A stretch of 39,893 nucleotides of DNA from a candidate division WOR-3 bacterium (GTDB taxonomy: Bacteria > Hydrothermota > Hydrothermia > Hydrothermales > Hydrothermaceae), in assembly GCA_039803745.1 (NCBI GenBank), contig JBDRZD010000007.1, positions 1 through 39,893 of the forward strand. Direction: 5' to 3'. Of the stretch, positions 34,562 to 39,893 are shown in pieces; position 1 is the first letter of the stretch; each line of letters begins with the position of its first letter. The notes under the pieces are model-generated. The model had not been told where the DNA came from. It worked only from the letters and a program-made list of their open reading frames with translations, and made no database searches. Made by a program: the position numbers and the translations under genes.

Positions 34562-35565
34562 AATTAATCTCTCTTATTTTAAAGAAAAATTATAATCCTG
34601 AAAAATTTCTTGAGATTATAAAAAATGGGAAAAAGGAAATATTAATTGAAAGAGATCTTTTAAAAAAGGCAGAGGAAATAGAAAAAGAATGCAAGAGAAG
34701 AGGATGGTGGATAAAGACAATTTTTGATAAAGATTTTCCAAACGAATTTTTAGAGATTAAAAATCCTCCCCTTGTTATATTTGGAATAGGCAATGAAAGA
34801 TTTGATGGTTTTAAATTTGCAATAATAGGAACAAGAAAACCAAGCCATTATGGTAAGAAAATTGCAAGAATTTTTTCAAGGGAATTAGCAGAGAATGGAG
34901 TTTGTATAGTTTCTGGTGGGGCAAGGGGGATTGATACAGAAGTTCATAGGGGATGTATTGAAGCGAATGGAAGAACAATATGCATTCTTGGTAGTGGTTT
35001 TAAATATCTTTACCCACCAGAAAATAAAAAATTATTTGCAAAAATAATTGAAAAAGATGGTTCAATTATCACTGAATTTGCTCCCGATACTCCTCCTTAT
35101 AAATACAATTTTCCTTTTAGAAATAGATTAATCTCTGCTCTTTCAAAAGGAATACTTGTTATAGAAGCAAGTTCAAAATCAGGGACATTTTCAACAGTTG
35201 AATGGGGAATTTCTCAGGGAAAGGAAATATTTGCGATTCCAGGCCCTATTGATAGCAGAGAAAGTGAAGGAACAAATTATTTGATAAAAGAAGGAGCATA
35301 TTGCACAACATCACCAAACGATATACTTTCATTTTTTGGGATAAAGGAGAGGGAAAAAAAGATAATTTTAACCGAGGAAGAGAAAGAGATAGTGGATTTA
35401 CTTAAAATTCCAAAAAGTATTGAAGAAATTATTGAAATTACAGGTAAGCCTTTATCTTTTATATATACAACAATTTTTTCTTTACAGATGAAAAAGATAG
35501 TTGATGTTTTACCAGGAAACAAGTATGTTTCCTTAACCCGCTCTTTTGAAACCCTTGAAAAATAA
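34549..35565 (+). CDS. dprA: DNA processing protein DprA (Smf)
   Basis: AIIGTRKPSHYG, IVSGGARGID..H, FPFRNRLISALS, GTNYLIKEGA, C-terminal winged helix. Confidence 0.95.
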   Translation: MEKIELISLILKKNYNPEKFLEIIKNGKKEILIERDLLKKAEEIEKECKRRGWWIKTIFDKDFPNEFLEIKNPPLVIFGIGNERFDGFKFAIIGTRKPSHYGKKIARIFSRELAENGVCIVSGGARGIDTEVHRGCIEANGRTICILGSGFKYLYPPENKKLFAKIIEKDGSIITEFAPDTPPYKYNFPFRNRLISALSKGILVIEASSKSGTFSTVEWGISQGKEIFAIPGPIDSRESEGTNYLIKEGAYCTTSPNDILSFFGIKEREKKIILTEEEKEIVDLLKIPKSIEEIIEITGKPLSFIYTTIFSLQMKKIVDVLPGNKYVSLTRSFETLEK

Positions 35566-35575
35566 GGTTTTCCAC

Positions 35576-35604
35576 TTGACAAATTTTTAAAAATATTGTA
35601 TAAT
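35576..35604 (+). promoter_or_regulatory. Perfect consensus sigma70 promoter of hup
   Basis: TTGACA(35576-35581)-N17-TATAAT(35599-35604); SD AGGAGGTG before ATG 35679. Confidence 0.88.
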
Positions 35605-35634
35605 ATAATAGTTTAATTCTTTGAAAATTTTGAT

Positions 35635-35971
35635 TGCCCCGGGGATTTAAAAATAAATATAAAAAAAGGAGGTGAAGGATGAATAAACAAGAACTTATAA
35701 ATGAGATTGCAAAAAAGGCAAATTTGACAAAGAAAGATGCATCAGCAGCACTTGATGCAACAATTGAGGCTATAAAAGCCTCTTTAAAGAAAGGAAGCGA
35801 AGTAAGGCTTGTTGGATTTGGAACATTTACAATAAAGAAAAAGAAACCAAGAAAGGGGAGAAATCCAAGGACAGGAGAAGAGATTAAGATTCCAGCAAAG
35901 AAGGTTCCTGCATTTAGACCTGCTTCAGAACTAAAAAAACTCGTTGCCTAAAATTCCTTTTCCCCGGGGCA
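35635..35971. repeat. 11-bp GC-rich inverted repeat flanking hup
   Basis: TGCCCCGGGGA (35635-35645) and TCCCCGGGGCA (35961-35971) are exact reverse complements. Confidence 0.8.
35679..35951 (+). CDS. hup: DNA-binding protein HU
   Basis: MNKQELI..IA...LTKKDA...V.LVGFGTF...RKGRNPRTGEEIKIPAKKVPAFRP. Confidence 0.98.
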   Translation: MNKQELINEIAKKANLTKKDASAALDATIEAIKASLKKGSEVRLVGFGTFTIKKKKPRKGRNPRTGEEIKIPAKKVPAFRPASELKKLVA

Positions 35972-35980
35972 TTTTTATTT

Positions 35981-36349
35981 ATGAAAAAATTTTTAATATA
36001 TTATTTTATCTTTTTATTATTTCCTCTTTCTTTTTATACGATTTTACTCCTAATTTTTCCTATTAAAATAAACCCTTACTTGAGGTTATTTTTCTTTTTA
36101 TTCTCATTTTTTATTTTCATTTTCTTTTATATTTATCCTGGTTTTCTTTATATTGCAAAGAATAAATTTTTATATATTTTTAAAGATTTTTATAAAATAA
36201 AAGATTTTTTTGAAATTCTTAATCTTTCATTTCTTTCAATCCTTTTTATAATTTTAAATACATCTCTTTTTATTTTAAAATATTATCTTTTAATAATTTA
36301 TTTTTTAGAGATAATTTTCCCTCTTTATTATAAAAAGTATGGAAGATAA
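35981..36349 (+). CDS. Hypothetical membrane protein (extremely F/I/L/Y-rich)
   Basis: Fills the hup-der gap and overlaps the der start; several hydrophobic segments; no recognisable motif. Confidence 0.45.
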   Translation: MKKFLIYYFIFLLFPLSFYTILLLIFPIKINPYLRLFFFLFSFFIFIFFYIYPGFLYIAKNKFLYIFKDFYKIKDFFEILNLSFLSILFIILNTSLFILKYYLLIIYFLEIIFPLYYKKYGR

Positions 36350-37604
36350 AAATAAAATTCCAGTTGTTTTGATTGTTGGTAGGGTTAATGTTGGAAAATC
36401 AACTATTTTTAATAGAATTGCAAAGAAAAATCTTTCAATTTTTCATAAAAGACCAGGGATAACAAGAGATCCAATTGAAAAAATAATCAATTATAAAGAC
36501 AAATCATTTTTATTAGTGGATACAGGAGGTCTTTTTTCTGATGATATTTTGAAAGAAGAGATAAATAAAAAGATAGACGAATTCTTTAAAAAAGCTGATA
36601 TTTTCTTATTTGTTATGGATGCAAAAGATGGCTTTACTCCCTATGATGAGGAAATACTTAAAAGACTTAGAAAAGAAGGGAAAAAGATAATAGGTGTTGT
36701 TAATAAGATTGATTCATCAAAAAGAGCACCTGATGAAGAATTTTATAAAACTGGCTTAGATGAAATATTCTTTATTTCAGCAGAGCATAAGATAGGTATT
36801 GATTCTCTTTTAGAAAGGATTATAGAAATAAAAGGTGTCCCTTTTAAAGAAGAGGAAAAGTCAAAAATTAAAGTTATAATAGTTGGGAGACCAAATGTTG
36901 GAAAATCTTCTCTTTTTAATTTACTTGTTGGAGAGGAAAGAGCAATAGTAGCGCCTATGCCAGGAACAACAAGGGATGTTATTGAAAAAATAAAAGAAGA
37001 ATTTATATTCATAGATACTGCAGGGATAAAAAAAAGATATAAAGATGAAATAGAATATTATTCTTATTTAAAGACTGAAAGAACAATAAAATGGGCTGAT
37101 TGTGCACTCCTTTTGATAGATGCAAAGGAAGGTTTAACAAAAATGGATAAAAAGATTTTTTCACTTCTTGAAGAGGAAGGAAGGGGAATAATTATACTCT
37201 TAAATAAGATTGACCTTTTAAAAAAAGAAGAAAGAAAAAAGATTTTTGAAGAATTTGATATTGTATTTCCACCTGCAAGGGGTTATCCAAAAATTTTAGT
37301 TTCTGCTTTAACAGGTGAAGGAGTAGAGATAATTGAAGGTGTGGTTAAAAATGTTTATAAGAATTTAAAAAGGGATTTTAAAAAAGAAGAAGTTCAGGAG
37401 TTCATTAAAAATATATTTAATAAATTTCCTCCAAGGGAATACTTTTATGATTTCTATTATGCAGGAAAATTTCCCCATACATTTGTGATTGAAACAAAAA
37501 AAGAAGCTAGTTTAGAATATATAAATTTTTTAAAAAATAAGATAAGGGAAAATTTTTTGCTTTATGGCTGTCCCATTAAAATTTTAAATAAGTTAAGGAG
37601 ATGA
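36339..37604 (+). CDS. der: Ribosome biogenesis GTPase Der (EngA)
   Basis: Two G domains: [19 protein letters not shown] and [22 protein letters not shown]. Confidence 0.95.
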   Translation: MEDKNKIPVVLIVGRVNVGKSTIFNRIAKKNLSIFHKRPGITRDPIEKIINYKDKSFLLVDTGGLFSDDILKEEINKKIDEFFKKADIFLFVMDAKDGFTPYDEEILKRLRKEGKKIIGVVNKIDSSKRAPDEEFYKTGLDEIFFISAEHKIGIDSLLERIIEIKGVPFKEEEKSKIKVIIVGRPNVGKSSLFNLLVGEERAIVAPMPGTTRDVIEKIKEEFIFIDTAGIKKRYKDEIEYYSYLKTERTIKWADCALLLIDAKEGLTKMDKKIFSLLEEEGRGIIILLNKIDLLKKEERKKIFEEFDIVFPPARGYPKILVSALTGEGVEIIEGVVKNVYKNLKRDFKKEEVQEFIKNIFNKFPPREYFYDFYYAGKFPHTFVIETKKEASLEYINFLKNKIRENFLLYGCPIKILNKLRR

Positions 37605-38173
37605 GATTTTTATTTCCTTTAATAGGTTATTTAGTAGGAGCAATTCCTTTTGGTTACATAATTGTTAGATTAAAGGGAAAAGACATAAGAAAATTTGGAA
37701 GTGGAAACATAGGTGCAACAAATGTTTTTAGATTTGATAAAAAACTTGGAATAATTACAGGTATTCTTGATGTATTGAAATCTTTAATTCCCACATTTTT
37801 TGCCTTAAAATATTTTGATTTTTTAATTGCTTCAATCACAGGAATTCTATCAATAATAGGACATGCAACAAGCCCATTTTTGAAATTTAAAGGTGGTAAA
37901 AGTGTTTCATGCACATTTGGGACATACATTGTTTTAGCACCTATCCATTTTTTAATTTCTTTCGTTTTTTTTATTTTAATTATTATATTTACAAAGACTG
38001 TTTCAATTGGTTCAATAATTTCAATTTTTATACTTTCAATTTTAATAGTATTATCTAAATTTCCCTTATATTTTAAAATATTAACATTTTTTGTTTTCCT
38101 TTTTATTCTCTTTCTTCACAGAGAAAATATAAAAAGGATAATAAAAGGGGAGGAAAAGAAATTAAGATTTTAA
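37601..38173 (+). CDS. plsY: Glycerol-3-phosphate acyltransferase PlsY
   Basis: [39 protein letters not shown]; located downstream of der. Confidence 0.96.
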   Translation: MRFLFPLIGYLVGAIPFGYIIVRLKGKDIRKFGSGNIGATNVFRFDKKLGIITGILDVLKSLIPTFFALKYFDFLIASITGILSIIGHATSPFLKFKGGKSVSCTFGTYIVLAPIHFLISFVFFILIIIFTKTVSIGSIISIFILSILIVLSKFPLYFKILTFFVFLFILFLHRENIKRIIKGEEKKLRF

Positions 38174-38940
38174 TTCTTTTAATTCTTTATTCAATTGGTG
38201 ATGATTCATTTGATATCTTAAAAAGAATAATTTCTTTTGGTCCAAGAACCCCTGGTGAAATTGCCCATAAAAAATCAAGAGAATTTATAATAAATTTTTT
38301 AAAAGAGAAAGGTTATGAGGTGAAAGTTCAGGAGTTTAAAAAAGATAATATGATTTTCTATAATATAATTGGAAACTATGGCAAAGGGAAAAAGGTTTTG
38401 CTTGGAACCCATTATGATACATATCCAGGGATTCCCGGTGCAAATGATTCTGGTTCTGGAACTTCCCTTTTACTTTCAATTTTGGATTCATTAAAAAAAT
38501 TCAGTTTTGGAATAGAGGTTGTATTTTTTGATGGTGAAGATTATGGAAATGCCCCTTGCTATGGTTCAAAATTTTTTTCAGAAAAAATTAATCCAGAAGA
38601 ATATTATTTTGGAATAATAGTTGATATGATAGGTGATAAAAGTCTTGAGATATATAAAGAGATAAATTCCCTAAAATTTGCACAGGATATTTTAAATAAA
38701 TTCTTTGAAATTGCTTATAAAAATGATTTAAAAAGTTTTATTCCAATAGAGAAATACTCAATAATTGATGACCATATTCCTTTAAATGAAAAAGGATTAA
38801 AAACAATTCTTTTAATAGATTTTGATTATCCTTTCTGGCATACAGTTTATGATGACACTTTCAATATATCAAAAAATTCTTTGGAAGAAGTTGGCAAAGC
38901 AATTCTTTTATATTTAAAATATTTTGAAAATGAAAAATGA
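38161..38940 (+). CDS. M28 family peptidase / glutaminyl cyclase-like; probable ATT start
   Basis: LGTHYDT, GANDSGSG, FFDGEDYG, DMIGD, DDHIP, WHT. The frame stays open upstream of the track's GTG 38320 and encodes FGPRTPGEIAH; SD GGAGGA lies 6 nt before ATT 38161. Confidence 0.85.
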   Translation: MKILILLILYSIGDDSFDILKRIISFGPRTPGEIAHKKSREFIINFLKEKGYEVKVQEFKKDNMIFYNIIGNYGKGKKVLLGTHYDTYPGIPGANDSGSGTSLLLSILDSLKKFSFGIEVVFFDGEDYGNAPCYGSKFFSEKINPEEYYFGIIVDMIGDKSLEIYKEINSLKFAQDILNKFFEIAYKNDLKSFIPIEKYSIIDDHIPLNEKGLKTILLIDFDYPFWHTVYDDTFNISKNSLEEVGKAILLYLKYFENEK

Positions 38941-39893
38941 ATTTGAATTCATAAGATTTTTGAAAAAATATAGAATAAAAAATAAAAGAATAGTTATGGG
39001 TATTGGAGATGATTCAGCAGCAATTCTGCCTTCAAAAGATAAATATATTCTTTTGACTTCTGATTCACTGTGTGAGGATATTCATTTTAAAAAGAATTGG
39101 ATGGATTTATATAAGATTGGAAGAAAATTAATTTTAAGGGGATTATCAGATATTGTTGCCTGTGGTGGAGTGCCTCTATGTGCGAATGTTGATTTAAAGA
39201 TTCCAAAAGAAAATATAAAAAATTTGAAAAAATTCTATGATGCTATTTTTGATGTTTCAAAGGAATACAATTTTTTTATTTCAGGTGGTGATTTAGTAAT
39301 TCATAAAGATAAAATAATTGCAGATGTTTTTTTAATAGGAGAGGTTGAAAGGGAAAATCTTATTTTAAGGAAAGGAGCAAAGGAGAATGATATTGTATGT
39401 GTTACAGGAGATTTGGGTCTTTCAAATCTTGCAATTGATATTTTAAATAATAAAATAAGAGTTTCAAAGAAAATTAAAGAGATTGCCCTTGAAAAATTCT
39501 ATAATCCAAAAATCCATTTAAAAGAAATAAGGAAAATATTAAAAAAGATAAAGATAAATTCAATGATAGATATATCAGATGGTCTTTCAAAGGATATCAA
39601 TCATATAGCATTTGAAAGTAATGTAAAGATAATAATATTTGAAGAAAAAATTCCTGTTGCAAAGGAAATCTTTGAAGTAAAAATAAAAGATCCCTTTGAA
39701 TATGCAATAAATTCAGGTGAAGAATACGAGTTAATTTTTACAACTTCTTTAAAGGATTATGAAAAAATAAAAAATTTTAAAGATATAAAAATAACAAAAA
39801 TAGGAGAAGTTTTAAAAGGAAAAGGTGTTTATATTAAAAAAATAAATGGAGAAATAAAGCCATTAAAAATAAAGGGATATGATAAATTTTATC
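38930..39893 (+). CDS. thiL: Thiamine-monophosphate kinase, 3' end runs off window
   Basis: Not in the ORF track. Manual translation: MKNEFEFI...GIGDDSAA...TSDSLCEDIHF...LSDIVACGG...GGD...RKGAKEND..VTGDLG...MIDISDGL...GEEYELIFT. Confidence 0.95.
   Translation, partial: MKNEFEFIRFLKKYRIKNKRIVMGIGDDSAAILPSKDKYILLTSDSLCEDIHFKKNWMDLYKIGRKLILRGLSDIVACGGVPLCANVDLKIPKENIKNLKKFYDAIFDVSKEYNFFISGGDLVIHKDKIIADVFLIGEVERENLILRKGAKENDIVCVTGDLGLSNLAIDILNNKIRVSKKIKEIALEKFYNPKIHLKEIRKILKKIKINSMIDISDGLSKDINHIAFESNVKIIIFEEKIPVAKEIFEVKIKDPFEYAINSGEEYELIFTTSLKDYEKIKNFKDIKITKIGEVLKGKGVYIKKINGEIKPLKIKGYDKFY

Noticed and set aside
35952..35980. Classical Rho-independent terminator after hup
   Set aside because: CCCCGGGG has no loop and cannot form a local hairpin; reported instead as a long-range inverted repeat.
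21386..37929. Remaining nested short ORFs (e.g. 23180, 23749, 24557, 26510, 29302, 33514, 35277, 36743, 37654)
   Set aside because: Shadow ORFs overlapping well-identified genes.

Overview
Very AT-rich, gene-dense bacterial chromosome segment spanning the replication origin: dnaA and dnaN on the minus strand with DnaA boxes on both sides of dnaA. Most genes are housekeeping (ychF-rpsF-ssb-rpsR-rplI, alr, purQ, waaF, nfi, rsmD-coaD-obgE-dprA, hup, der-plsY, thiL). Diderm and T9SS-type envelope genes are also present: two tandem PorU/gingipain-like C25 proteases, an Asp-box protein, an M23 peptidase and a LysM protein. The Lys/Glu-rich proteins and this gene content suggest a thermophilic FCB-related lineage such as WOR-3 (inference only). 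I saw no rRNA, tRNA, CRISPR array, transposase or integrase. Main observations: (1) pervasive leaderless gene starts with interlocked divergent promoters; (2) two diverged PorU-like paralogues whose last 570 bp are almost identical; (3) an M28 peptidase that must use a non-canonical start, probably ATT; (4) very short signal-like N-termini; (5) a GC-rich 11-bp inverted repeat bracketing hup; (6) a duplicated 41-bp promoter unit and a hairpin in the dnaA leader; (7) an uncharacterised secreted-protein operon with an HmuY-like lipoprotein and a CxxCH protein behind a sigma54-like site; (8) two unusual domain fusions, PC4-zinc ribbon and VanZ-PgpA. All family calls are by motif recognition, not database search.
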